Part shown: in pieces, positions 1 through 9,953 of the stretch
How positions within the stretch are numbered: position 1 is the first letter of the stretch
Layout of the letters: each line of letters opens with the position of its first letter
DNA from: Nostoc sp.
GTDB taxonomy: Bacteria > Cyanobacteriota > Cyanobacteriia > Cyanobacteriales > Nostocaceae
Reading direction: 5' to 3'
NCBI RefSeq assembly: GCF_036917235.1
Contig: NZ_JBALDU010000068.1
Location: forward strand, 3,953-67,952
DNA: 64,000 nt
Notes under the pieces: generated by a model
What the model saw: only the letters and a program-made list of their open reading frames with translations
The model's database searches: none
What the model was told of the DNA's origin: nothing
Made by a program: the position numbers and the translations under genes

Positions 1-164
1 AATACTCATCTTTGCATACTCTTCACATTATTTGCTGAAAAATGTATACCCAAGTACTGAGCTTTGTATATTCTTCATATTCTACTGAGGTCTAGGCAAT
101 AAGAAAGTAGAACCTAGTAGGCAAATCTTTTAAAGAGTAATAAAAAATACATCTTTTTTTAAAG

Positions 165-300
165 GCTGCGATACCTTCTCTGCGTTCGCGCAGCGTGTCG
201 TAGACAGACGCTACGCGTAGCTTGCTTCCCCGGAGGGGTACGGTAAGCTTTCCTGCGGAACGCTGCGCGAACGCTAACGCCTGCGGTTTTTGCTAGCATA
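165..300. repeat. Nested array of small dispersed repeats (SDR-type mini-hairpin elements)
   Basis: GC-rich patch in AT-rich intergenic DNA; contains TTCGCGCAGCGTGTCGTAGAC (185-205) inserted within other hairpin units. Confidence 0.7.
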
Positions 301-447
301 CGCCTTGGTTAACTTATACTACGATGAGAGCGATCGCCTGCCAATATATAACCGTGCAAAAATCGCTATAGGTTATCAAAATTATTAACGCAGACATAAA
401 TTAACTTAACCAAGAATACTGCAAACCATCCGCACCCATGCCAAAAG
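275..447 (+). pseudogene. Decayed partial copy of the promoter and 5' end of the Mov34 gene at 4187-4313
   Basis: 275-303 matches 4187-4215 with 2 mismatches in 29 nt; 378-447 matches 4243-4313; the ATG has become ATA. Confidence 0.75.
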
Positions 448-571
448 TTAAGAAACAAAACCTAACACATCCTCTTTGTTAAAAGTAATTGTATCGATCA
501 ATCGAATACGAGGTGTTGAAAAGAACACCTCGCAAGCTGTATCCAGACTGATGCTAGAGCGCTAATAAAAA

Positions 572-3500
572 TTAAACAACCACAAAGTTTTTTTCGGTTA
601 TTGTCAAGCCAGGAGATAATTGTGCAAATTGTACCTGAGTGAATCCACCCACACTACCATCAGAGTCAAAATACAGTGCACCTGTAGTAAAGTCATAGAT
701 AAATCTTTGATTGCTTGTCGTTGCAGATGTTCCGAGGGTAAACTGGCTTGTCTTAAGTGAACCTCTTGATAACCCGCCACCAAAATCAGCCGATACTTGA
801 ATTAGTTCATTAGTCGCGTTAAAGTCATAAACGCGCTCGATACCTTCTTCATTATTATTATTAATACTATGGAAAAAAAAGGTATCAATACCATCTCCTC
901 CATAAAGGGTATCGTTATCTGAAAGTTCATGATAGAATGAAGAATCGTTATAACCATAGCCCCCGGAGAGCGTATCGTTGCCATTGCTCCCCACAATATT
1001 GTCAGGGCGAAATGTACCTATGATATTTAATCCTTCGATATTCTTGTAGCTAACTCGATTATTGCCTAGCGTAATCGATCCACTGTTAGTAGTCGCATCA
1101 AAAGTCGAAGTGATTCCCTCGGTATTACTAACATCACTATAGTAGTAATAAGAGAACAGCACATCGTCACCCTTTCCCCCATCTATAGTATCTTTGCCAC
1201 CATTATTACCATCATAGCCCAGGGAAAGCGTATCGTTACCATTGCTCCCTACAATGTTGTCATCGTAGGCTGTACCTGAGATATTGAATCGTTCGATAAA
1301 CTTATAGTTAACTCGATCATTGCCCGCAGTAATTGCTCCACTATTAGTAGTGGCATCAAAAGTCGAAGTGACCCCTCCTGTAGCAAAGGTGTAATTGACA
1401 GATAACACATCGTCACCTTTTCCTCCATCTATCGTATCTTTGCCACCAGAACCTGTGGAGAGCCTATCGTTACTACTGTTCCCCACGATGTTGTCATCGT
1501 AGGCTGTACCTAAGATATTGAATCGTTCGATAAACTTATAGCTAACTCGATTCGTACCTGCCGTAATAGATCCAATGTTAGTAGTAGCATCAAAAGTCGA
1601 AATGATTCCTCCGGTAGCAAAGGTGTAATCGACGGACAATAAATCGTCACCCTTACCCGCATCTGCCGTTTGAGTCACTAAATCAGAAGTGGCGGGAGGA
1701 TATGTAGATCGGGTGTTTGATGGGGTACTGATATATAAGAAATCATTGCCATCGCCACCAAAAAGCAGGTTATCGCCTGTTGAACCACTAGTATCCAAGG
1801 TATCATCACCAGCGCCACCGTTAAGGGTGTTATTGCCAGATGAGACAGAGTTCGAGGAGGAGTCGTAATTATATTCGATAAAGCCAGAGACGGAGAGAGA
1901 ATCATTGCCATCACCCCCAGAGAGGAGGTTATCTCCTGCTGAACCACTAGCACTCAAGGTGTCGTCACCAGCACCACCGTTAAGAGTATTATTGCCTAAT
2001 GTGCGATTGTTTTTGTACTGGAAAAAGTCGCCGCCAGGGTTTGAGTAATAGCCAGAGACAGAGAGAGAATCATTGCCATCGCTACCAAAAAGTAGGTTAT
2101 CGCCTTTTGAACCACTAGCACTCAAGTTATCGTTACCGGCACCACCGTTGAGGGTATTATTACCCTCTAAGCGAAGATCGTCGCCTTGTGTGTCGTCGCC
2201 TTCTTGGTATTGGCTGGAGTAATACTGGTAGCCAGAGGCAAAGAGAGAATCATTGCCATCGCCACCAAAAAGCAGGTTATCGCCTGATGAAGAGTCAACA
2301 TTCAAGCTATCATCACCAGTACCACCATTGAGGGTATTATTGCCTACACCACCTCTCAAAAGGTCATTGCCACTCAATCCGTCGATTTTGTCATCGCCTC
2401 CCTGAGCATTGATGACATCATCTGAATTGTCAAAGCCGCTAACATTATTGTCGAGGTCGTTAAGAAAAGTGACTGTGTTTTTTTTAAAGACCGTGTTTTG
2501 GGTGGAGTTGGCATTAAAAACATCAAAGCTGTCTGTGATACTAGTTTGCCCCTCAAACAGAATATTGCCCAAATCTACAGTTGCTCCTGTAGATTTGCTG
2601 AGGTTATCCAGGTTTTCTAGGGCAAAGTTTTTCAAGATGAGTTTGCCTTTAGGAAGCGTCCCTACAAAGGTGATTTCCAGATTGTTGCCATTCTCGGCCA
2701 GCAGCATATTTTGAGCAGTAAACGAGAAGAAGAAGTCATTGTCCTGAAAACTTAGGGTGTCCACTTCGGCAATCACTGCTGCCGAGGGATTTATGTTTTT
2801 ATCTACTCCGCCGAAATCAGTGATGATATTATTAGTTTTGTTGTAGTATGAGAAATTGTAAACAACAAATTTATCCTTGCCACCGCCACCTGTGAGGATA
2901 TTATTGTTTATGCGACCGATACTTGTGGTAAAGATATCATCACCATTACCACCGTTGAGGGTATTATTACCAGAGGCGCCAGAGACAAGAGAATCGTTGC
3001 CATCGCCTCCATTCAGTAGATTATCGCCTGATGAAAAGCTAGCATTCAAGGTATCGTCACCGGCACCACCCTCAATGGTGTTTTTGCCATAGGAGTCAGA
3101 GACGGAGAGGAAATCATTGCGATCGCCTCCATTCAGTAGATTATCGCCTGATAAATAGCCTTCAGCACGCAAGGTATCGTCACCTGCACCACCAATGAGA
3201 GTGTTATTCCCCATACCACCTCGCAGCAAGTCGTTGCCACTCAAGCCGTCGATTTTGTCATTGCCCCCCTGAGCATTGATGACATCATCTGAGTTGTCAA
3301 AGCCGTTAACATTATTGTCGAGGTCGTTAAGAAAAGTGACTGTGTTCTTGTTGAAGATAGTGCTTTGGGTGGAGTTGGCATTGAAGACATCAAAGCTGTC
3401 TTTAATACTAGTTTGCCCATAGAATAGGATATTGCCAACCTGGGCTAAATTGTCTAGGTTTTCTAGGACAAAGTTTTCCAGAAAAACTGTGGCACTAAAC

Positions 3501-3853
3501 TCCGCCCCGTCAAAGCTGATTTCTAAGTTGTTTCCATTTTGAATTAATGGAGTTAATAGCAAATTTCTCGCAATTAATTGCTCATCTCCTGTAAATTGCA
3601 AGGTATCCACTGAGGCAATCACCTCTGCTGATGGGTTTGAGCCTTTACCAATGCCATCGAAATCGGGGATGATAATGGTACGACTGTTAAGGTTAGCCTC
3701 GTAAACAAATTTATCTTTACCGCTGCCACCGTTGAGGGTATCGTAGGCTCCATTAGGATATAGTTGATCGTCACCTGCTAAACCATTAATCAAGTCATCA
3801 CTTGTTGTCCCATAGAGGGTATCATTACCGTTTGTGCCATTGATATTTGCCAT
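572..3853 (-). CDS. RTX/hemolysin-type calcium-binding repeat protein
   Basis: 1093-aa ORF with many GGxGxDxL nonapeptides, internally duplicated modules and a C-terminal T1SS-like tail. Confidence 0.9.
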   Translation of the reverse strand: MANINGTNGNDTLYGTTSDDLINGLAGDDQLYPNGAYDTLNGGSGKDKFVYEANLNSRTIIIPDFDGIGKGSNPSAEVIASVDTLQFTGDEQLIARNLLLTPLIQNGNNLEISFDGAEFSATVFLENFVLENLDNLAQVGNILFYGQTSIKDSFDVFNANSTQSTIFNKNTVTFLNDLDNNVNGFDNSDDVINAQGGNDKIDGLSGNDLLRGGMGNNTLIGGAGDDTLRAEGYLSGDNLLNGGDRNDFLSVSDSYGKNTIEGGAGDDTLNASFSSGDNLLNGGDGNDSLVSGASGNNTLNGGNGDDIFTTSIGRINNNILTGGGGKDKFVVYNFSYYNKTNNIITDFGGVDKNINPSAAVIAEVDTLSFQDNDFFFSFTAQNMLLAENGNNLEITFVGTLPKGKLILKNFALENLDNLSKSTGATVDLGNILFEGQTSITDSFDVFNANSTQNTVFKKNTVTFLNDLDNNVSGFDNSDDVINAQGGDDKIDGLSGNDLLRGGVGNNTLNGGTGDDSLNVDSSSGDNLLFGGDGNDSLFASGYQYYSSQYQEGDDTQGDDLRLEGNNTLNGGAGNDNLSASGSKGDNLLFGSDGNDSLSVSGYYSNPGGDFFQYKNNRTLGNNTLNGGAGDDTLSASGSAGDNLLSGGDGNDSLSVSGFIEYNYDSSSNSVSSGNNTLNGGAGDDTLDTSGSTGDNLLFGGDGNDFLYISTPSNTRSTYPPATSDLVTQTADAGKGDDLLSVDYTFATGGIISTFDATTNIGSITAGTNRVSYKFIERFNILGTAYDDNIVGNSSNDRLSTGSGGKDTIDGGKGDDVLSVNYTFATGGVTSTFDATTNSGAITAGNDRVNYKFIERFNISGTAYDDNIVGSNGNDTLSLGYDGNNGGKDTIDGGKGDDVLFSYYYYSDVSNTEGITSTFDATTNSGSITLGNNRVSYKNIEGLNIIGTFRPDNIVGSNGNDTLSGGYGYNDSSFYHELSDNDTLYGGDGIDTFFFHSINNNNEEGIERVYDFNATNELIQVSADFGGGLSRGSLKTSQFTLGTSATTSNQRFIYDFTTGALYFDSDGSVGGFTQVQFAQLSPGLTITEKNFVVV

Positions 3854-4103
3854 AACTTTCTACCTATCTAAATCGATTTTTTCAGTAAATTTCAGTTATC
3901 AATCTGCGGTTTGTGCATTTTTAGGACACAAATAATTTGGCGAAATTTGACGTTTTCGACATACTTTTATCTCAACCTTGAGGAGAAGTAATATTTCTCT
4001 AATTTTCACCCTATTTTAAGACTTATACGTAGTAATTATCCAACTATCTCAAACTATCTAAGTACAACTCTCACCAAATTTATGAAACCCGAGTCCAGAG
4101 GCT

Positions 4104-4166
4104 GTAGGGGCGGATTCACAAATATGTTTCAATCATTCACAGAATATCTCATGAACCCGCCCCTAC
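4104..4166. repeat. REP-like inverted repeat
   Basis: GTAGGGGCGGATTCA ... TGAACCCGCCCCTAC imperfect arms. Confidence 0.7.
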
Positions 4167-4260
4167 CGTTTTGTGAGAAATGCGGGTAACACCTGTGGTT
4201 TTTGCTAGCATACGCATTCAGCAAGAATTGTTAAAAGTTGCTAAAATTACAAACGCAGAC

Positions 4261-4719
4261 ATGATTCAACTTAGCCAAGAACACTTGCAAACCATCCGCA
4301 CCCATGCCGAAAGCACCTACCCAGATGAGTGCTGTGGTATAATTTTGGGCTATCTGGCTAATGAGGGCAAAACTGTGGTAGAAGTCATACCAACAGAAAA
4401 TGCTTGGAATACAGAAGCGGCTGCTGAGTTTCCAGGGGAACGCACAACAGAAAGTAAAAGACGGCAATATACGATCGCACCCGAAGTTATGTTAAAAACA
4501 CAAAGGGAAGCGCGCGATCGCTCACTCAACATTATCGGCATTTTTCACTCCCACCCAGATCATCCTGCTATCCCCTCAGAATGCGATCGCCTATACGCTT
4601 GGCAGGGATACTCGTATATAATAGTTTCCGTCCAAAACGGCAAAGCTGGAGAACTCAAAAGTTGGAGCCTTGATGATACTCATCAGTTTCAAATAGAGGA
4701 AATTGAAAATATAAAATAA
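4261..4719 (+). CDS. Mov34/MPN/JAMM family (M67) metallopeptidase
   Basis: YPDECCG and HSHPDHPAIPSECD JAMM motif; start placed at MIQLSQ (4261). Confidence 0.9.
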   Translation: MIQLSQEHLQTIRTHAESTYPDECCGIILGYLANEGKTVVEVIPTENAWNTEAAAEFPGERTTESKRRQYTIAPEVMLKTQREARDRSLNIIGIFHSHPDHPAIPSECDRLYAWQGYSYIIVSVQNGKAGELKSWSLDDTHQFQIEEIENIK

Positions 4720-4859
4720 CTGGCTTAGTTTAAAGACAGTCATTCATCGCGGTTTTCGCCGCCCCCACAGATGAAAATTCGTCTTTCCCACTCCTATCTC
4801 TATATAAGATCCAGTTTTTCGATAGGATTAATATTCCGCTTTCCCACATCATAACTGCT

Positions 4860-6032
4860 ATGCTAAATCCCAATCTGGACGAAATCCAGTTGACCAAAGA
4901 CGATTACGAACGCTACTCCCGCCACATAATTTTACCGGAAGTAGGACTAGAAGGACAGAAACGCCTAAAAGCTGCCAGTGTACTGTGTATCGGTACAGGT
5001 GGACTAGGTTCACCACTACTTTTATATTTGGCGGCGGCGGGTCTTGGACGCATCGGCATTGTCGATTTTGATGTTGTCGATACTTCTAATCTGCAACGCC
5101 AAGTAATTCACGGGACATCCTGGGTGGGTAAACCCAAGATTGAATCGGCAAAAAACCGGATTCACGAGATTAACCCCTATTGTCAGGTTGATTTATACGA
5201 AACTCGTCTGACTTCCGAAAACGCCCTGGAACTGATTCAACCTTACGATATCGTCGTCGATGGTACTGATAACTTTCCCACCAGATATCTAGTTAACGAC
5301 GCCTGCGTATTGCTGAATAAGCCCAACGTCTACGGTTCAATTTTACGCTTTGAAGGGCAAGCTAGTGTATTTAATTACGAAGGTGGCCCGAATTATCGTG
5401 ACCTTTTCCCAGAACCACCACCACCAGGGATGGTTCCTTCTTGTGCAGAAGGTGGCGTATTGGGAATTTTGCCAGGAATTATTGGTTTAATCCAAGCAAC
5501 CGAAACTGTTAAAATCATTCTGGGACAAGGCAACACTCTCAGCGGGCGATTGCTGCTATACAACGCCTTGGATATGAAATTTCGGGAGTTAAAACTGCGT
5601 CCTAACCCGATTCGCCCAGTGATTGAAAAGCTGATAGACTACGAAGAATTCTGCGGGATTCCACAAGCTAAGGCAGAGGAGGCAAAACAGCAGTTGGAAA
5701 GTCAAGAAATGACCGTCAAGGATTTGAAGGAATTGTTGGATAGCGGTGCGAAGGATTTTGTACTGCTGGATGTCCGTAACCCCCATGAGTACGACATTGC
5801 CAAGATTCCGGGTTCAGTGTTGGTGCCCTTACCAGACATTGAAAATGGGAATGGTGTTGCTAAGGTGAAGGAAATATTGAACGGACACCGCTTAATTGCT
5901 CATTGTAAGATGGGCGGGCGATCGGCAAAAGCCCTCGCTATTCTCAAGGAAGCCGGGATTGTGGGGACGAATGTTAAAGGCGGAATTACCGCTTGGAGTC
6001 GAGAAATCGATCCTTCAGTTCCAGAGTATTAA
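4860..6032 (+). CDS. moeB: MoeB/MoeZ-type adenylyltransferase with C-terminal rhodanese domain
   Basis: RYSRH, GTGGLG, SNLQRQ, DGTDNF motifs; rhodanese HCKMGGRS. Confidence 0.92.
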   Translation: MLNPNLDEIQLTKDDYERYSRHIILPEVGLEGQKRLKAASVLCIGTGGLGSPLLLYLAAAGLGRIGIVDFDVVDTSNLQRQVIHGTSWVGKPKIESAKNRIHEINPYCQVDLYETRLTSENALELIQPYDIVVDGTDNFPTRYLVNDACVLLNKPNVYGSILRFEGQASVFNYEGGPNYRDLFPEPPPPGMVPSCAEGGVLGILPGIIGLIQATETVKIILGQGNTLSGRLLLYNALDMKFRELKLRPNPIRPVIEKLIDYEEFCGIPQAKAEEAKQQLESQEMTVKDLKELLDSGAKDFVLLDVRNPHEYDIAKIPGSVLVPLPDIENGNGVAKVKEILNGHRLIAHCKMGGRSAKALAILKEAGIVGTNVKGGITAWSREIDPSVPEY

Positions 6033-6039
6033 AAAGAGA

Positions 6040-6128
6040 GGCAGGAGGCAGATCGCTTTTAGCGTCTCCCCTTCTCCCAAAGGGAGAGGCTAGCGCCAAG
6101 GGAGAAGGCAGGAGGCAGGAGGCAGGAG
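6040..6128. repeat. GGCAGGA heptamer run with embedded hairpin element
   Basis: Repeated AGGCAGG units interrupted by TCTCCCTTCTCCCAAAGGGAGA. Confidence 0.6.
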
Positions 6129-6541
6129 GAATACTACCCTCTGTTTCCTGCCGTGAGCAGAGCGAGTTTGCGGTTTAAGTCCCCATTCCCCCATCTCCTT
6201 ATGACTACCTCGAAATCTCATCTCAATATTTTATGGGTACAAGTTTGGGTGTTGGCAGCGGTGCAGGGAGCAATTACCCTCTCTTGGTTAATTTATAATA
6301 TATATTTGCCGCAACTTTTGACTCAGTTTGGTTTTCCTGCTTCACTGGCAGTTGGCTTGGTGTTAGTCGAAAATGCCTTGGGTACGGTGCTGGAACCAGT
6401 GATAGGCGGACTTTCAGACCAAGCTAGACGCTGGGTAGGAACTCGGTTTCCCTTCATCTCAGTGGGTATGATTCTCGCATCGGCTTTGTTCATTGCTATA
6501 CCATGTGTTGTAAGTTTGATCCCACCTACTACCGTGATGCG

Positions 6542-6562
6542 TAGGCATAGCCCGCCGCAGGC
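6542..6562 (+). mobile_element. 21-nt SDR5-like element in HIP1 site, in-frame (adds RHSPPQA)
   Basis: GCG^TAGGCATAGCCCGCCGCAGGC^ATCGC. Confidence 0.85.
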
Positions 6563-6770
6563 ATCGCTCTTACCTATAGTATTGGTAGCTTGGGCATTGG
6601 CAATGACAATATTTCGCTCTCCAGCTATGTGCCTATTGGGGATGTATTCTAAGCCAGCCCAGTTACCTTTAACAGCAAGTGTTGTCACTTTAGCAGGCGG
6701 TTTAATTGGAGCTTTTAAACCGATAAGCTACAAGTTTATTCTGAGTTTAGGGCCAGTTTATACCTTTGCG

Positions 6771-6791
6771 TAGGCGTAGCCCGTCGTAGAC
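6771..6791 (+). mobile_element. 21-nt SDR5-like element in near-HIP1 site, introduces stops
   Basis: GCG^TAGGCGTAGCCCGTCGTAGAC^ATCGG. Confidence 0.85.
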
Positions 6792-7444
6792 ATCGGTTCC
6801 TTTCTCATGCTGGGGGCGGCGGCTGTGTTGCGGTTGGTTAATCCCGCAGAAGCACCAGTGGATAGACACCAAGCAGAAGTAGTAAAGTTGCCCTTACAGA
6901 AATTGGCTTTGATTTTAGTAACTGGTTTTGGTGTAGCGTGGGGTATCCGATTTCTCATGGATGTCTTGGGTAAAGTACTCAAAACCCAACTGAATACTGA
7001 TAATATTGATATGCAACTGGTGTGGATTGGAATAGCGATCGCAATTGCCAGCATACCAGCGGGAATTTTCGCCGTCAAAATTGGTAATAGTCAAGCAATG
7101 CTTTGTGGCATCTGTGCAATCATTCCCTCGTTATTGATAATGATATCTCTGGGCGCACAAATTCCGATAATTTTGTTAATCGTTGCGAGCTTTAGTTTAA
7201 TTGTCAACGGGGCAATTCCTTTTGCTTTAGGATTAGTACCCCAGCGGTGGGCGGGATTAGGAATTGGGATGTATTTTGGTGGGTTTGCTTTAGCGATGAG
7301 TTTGTTTGGCGTTATATTTCCCCAACTGCAACAGATAACACCTTTTGTCGGTGCTATTGGGGGTGGATTGGCATTTTTGGTTGCTGGTGTTTGCATTGCG
7401 GTGAGTGGCATTTTTGAAACGCAAAGGAACGCAGAGGTTTAACG

Positions 7445-7478
7445 CAGAGGGACGCAAAGTTATCTTCTGCGTCCCTCT
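7445..7478. terminator. Hairpin between convergent MFS and ftsH genes
   Basis: AGAGGGACGCA ... TGCGTCCCTCT arms. Confidence 0.45.
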
Positions 7479-7485
7479 ATGTATG

Positions 7486-7530
7486 AATTACGAATTACGA
7501 ATTACGAATTACGAATTACGAATTACGAAT
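7486..7530. repeat. STRR heptamer tandem (AATTACG)x6 overlapping the ftsH stop
   Basis: Six direct copies read from the sequence. Confidence 0.9.
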
Positions 7531-9403
7531 GAGTTACAGGTTTAACTTGACTCAACAAATCGTGCAGTTTTTCGCCTTCAATGACCTCTGTTTCTAAGAG
7601 TTGAGTAGCTATCGCTTCTAGCAAGTCTCGATTCTGTCTGAGAATCTCTAGGGCTTGTTCGTGGGCTGTCTCTACGATTTCCTTGACTTCGCTATCAATG
7701 GCTTTTGATGTGTCTTCACTCACCGCCCGCCGAGGATTAGCCCCACCATTACCCAAAAACATCGATTGTTGTCCTTGTTGGTAAGCCAGTGGCCCTAAAA
7801 CTTTGCTCATACCATAAGATGTTACCATCCGTTCTGCCAAGTCAGTTGCTCGTTGCAAATCGTTGGAAGCACCTGTGGTAATACTGTTAAACACAACCTC
7901 TTCGGCAGAACGTCCACCTAATAGAGTTGCAATCTGACCCCGCAGTTCCTCTTCATTCATCAAAAAGCGGTCTTCAGTTGGTAATTGCAGAGTGTAGCCC
8001 AAAGCAGCCATCCCACGGGGAATAATCGAAATCTTTTCTACGCGACCGTTTCCGGTTGTGAGCGCCCCGACCATTGCGTGACCAACTTCATGGTATGCAA
8101 CAATCTTTTTCTCAGTCTCGTTCATCACGCGACTCTTCTTCTCTAAACCGGCGACTACCCGCTCAATTGCTTCGGCAAAGTCTTCTTGAGCAACCTTTTC
8201 GCGCAGATTGCGCGCTGCCAATAATGCGGCTTCGTTCACCAAGTTTGCCAAATCTGCGCCAGCAAAACCAGGAGTACGAGTAGCGATCGCTTTTAAATTT
8301 ACATCATCTCCTAATTTTACCTTTTGAGCGTGAATCTTGAGAATTGCTTCACGACCAGATAAATCAGGACGGTCTACCAACACTTGGCGGTCGAAGCGAC
8401 CTGGACGCAGCAATGCCGGGTCTAGGGTTTCGGGACGGTTTGTAGCTGCTAGTACAATCACCGTTGCATCCCCAGCTGCAAACCCATCCATCTCAGTTAG
8501 TAATTGGTTGAGGGTTTGTTCGCGCTCATCGTTACCACCGTAGAAGCCATTACTACTACGAGACTTACCAATCGCATCTAATTCATCAATGAATACAATA
8601 CAGGGAGCTTGTTTTTTGGCCTGTTCAAACAAATCCCGGACTCTGGAAGAACCTACACCGACAAACAATTCTACAAACTCGGAACCAGAGATGCTGAAGA
8701 ATGGAACTCCTGCTTCTCCTGCGACGGCTTTCGCTAACAGTGTCTTACCAGTACCCGGAGGGCCAACTAACAACACACCTTTGGGAATCCTAGCGCCAAT
8801 TTGCGTAAACCGTGCCGGAGTCTTGAGGAAATCTACAATTTCTACTAACTCAGTTTTTGCTTCTTCTACCCCAGCCACATCTGCAAAGGTGATTTTCGCA
8901 GATTCGCCTTCAACGTAAACCTTAGCTTTGCTCTTACCAATGGAAAGCGCACCTTGCGGACCACCGCCACCACCACCACGGGCGAGAAAGAACTGCCAAA
9001 TACCAATAAAAATCAGTGGTGGAATCACCCAACTCAAGAGGGTTGTAAACCAAGTATTTTTGGGTGGCGGTGTAGCCGCGAACTCAACTCCCTTTTCTTC
9101 TAGAAGTTTGGGTAACTCTAAATCAAAGATTGGTGTCGTTGCAAACACTTGAGCCGGCTCGGCATTTTCTGCTTTTAATTGGTAAATAATCTGGTTTTGG
9201 CCAACGGAAACACGGCTGACTTCCCCTTCCTGTACTTGATGAATAAACAGGCTATAGGGAACACCAGTCGGGCCAGAAGCAAATAAACCAGGCAAAAATA
9301 AATTTAAGAGCAGGAATAGCCCTGATACTGCCAATAATATATTAGCAACGATCCGAAACCGAGGTGACTTAGGCTGTTCTTTAATTCCCATAGATTTTAC
9401 CAA
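7523..9403 (-). CDS. ftsH: ATP-dependent zinc metalloprotease FtsH
   Basis: Two TMs, Walker A GPPGTGKT, Walker [24 protein letters not shown] zinc motif. Confidence 0.97.
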   Translation of the reverse strand: MVKSMGIKEQPKSPRFRIVANILLAVSGLFLLLNLFLPGLFASGPTGVPYSLFIHQVQEGEVSRVSVGQNQIIYQLKAENAEPAQVFATTPIFDLELPKLLEEKGVEFAATPPPKNTWFTTLLSWVIPPLIFIGIWQFFLARGGGGGGPQGALSIGKSKAKVYVEGESAKITFADVAGVEEAKTELVEIVDFLKTPARFTQIGARIPKGVLLVGPPGTGKTLLAKAVAGEAGVPFFSISGSEFVELFVGVGSSRVRDLFEQAKKQAPCIVFIDELDAIGKSRSSNGFYGGNDEREQTLNQLLTEMDGFAAGDATVIVLAATNRPETLDPALLRPGRFDRQVLVDRPDLSGREAILKIHAQKVKLGDDVNLKAIATRTPGFAGADLANLVNEAALLAARNLREKVAQEDFAEAIERVVAGLEKKSRVMNETEKKIVAYHEVGHAMVGALTTGNGRVEKISIIPRGMAALGYTLQLPTEDRFLMNEEELRGQIATLLGGRSAEEVVFNSITTGASNDLQRATDLAERMVTSYGMSKVLGPLAYQQGQQSMFLGNGGANPRRAVSEDTSKAIDSEVKEIVETAHEQALEILRQNRDLLEAIATQLLETEVIEGEKLHDLLSQVKPVTHS

Positions 9404-9555
9404 TCCTTAAATAATGAAAACTAACTTGAAAATTGGGCATAGGGTATGGGCATTGGGCATTGCTTTTCCCCTGCTTCCCCTGTTCCTTGTTTCCCTTAAC
9501 GCTTTGAGAAACTTGATTAAAGACTAGTCAAAAATGCTGGTATATTCGCATCTGA

Positions 9556-9630
9556 GCAATGTCTACTACGGGCTGTAAGGCTCATGATGCTCGTTAGCCA
9601 TCTCTCTTTGGGAGAAGACTCGCTAACGGT
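9556..9630. repeat. SDR5-like element with nested inserts
   Basis: GCAATGTCTACTACGGGCT half-element followed by hairpin units. Confidence 0.5.
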
Positions 9631-9953
9631 AAGGCAAAGTTGTTCAGCTTGTCTCGATCTTCAACTATACTACCGTTTCTCATAATTTCTCCCATTTAGC
9701 AATGTTTGCAGCTTTTTTTACTTATTTATGTAACTAAACTTAACAATTTAATGAATCTTTGTGAACTAACGAGCAAATACGGTTTACCGTACTAAAAGAA
9801 TATGCATAGATTGGGAGACGCAAATAGAAATCCCTCACGAAGAGTTATTTTGGAGGCTTGGCGGAGCTTTCCTTGCTCCACTCCTGAATTCTTCAATAAT
9901 TTCACTTTGAACTTTGGAACAGCGTTCTCCATATATGCAGTTCCTCCTAGCTA

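Larger units (their letters stand above)
6201..7442 (+). pseudogene. MFS transporter interrupted by two 21-nt insertions, the second carrying in-frame TAG stops
   Basis: ORFs 6153-6773 and 6807-7442 share one frame; removing 6771-6791 restores YTFAIGSFLM; hydrophobic TM segments and GGLSD..RRW motif. Confidence 0.85.

Noticed and set aside
4180-4260. N-terminal extension of Mov34
   Set aside because: Overlaps the duplicated upstream region; the domain begins at MIQLS
7486-7530. Tandem repeats as a possible CRISPR array
   Set aside because: Spacer-less heptamer STRR, ordinary in Nostoc; no cas genes
8074-9152. Plus-strand ORFs over ftsH, and similar shadow ORFs over the RTX, ALDH, GHL10 and YcjF genes
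   Set aside because: Antisense shadows of strongly conserved genes with no motifs of their own
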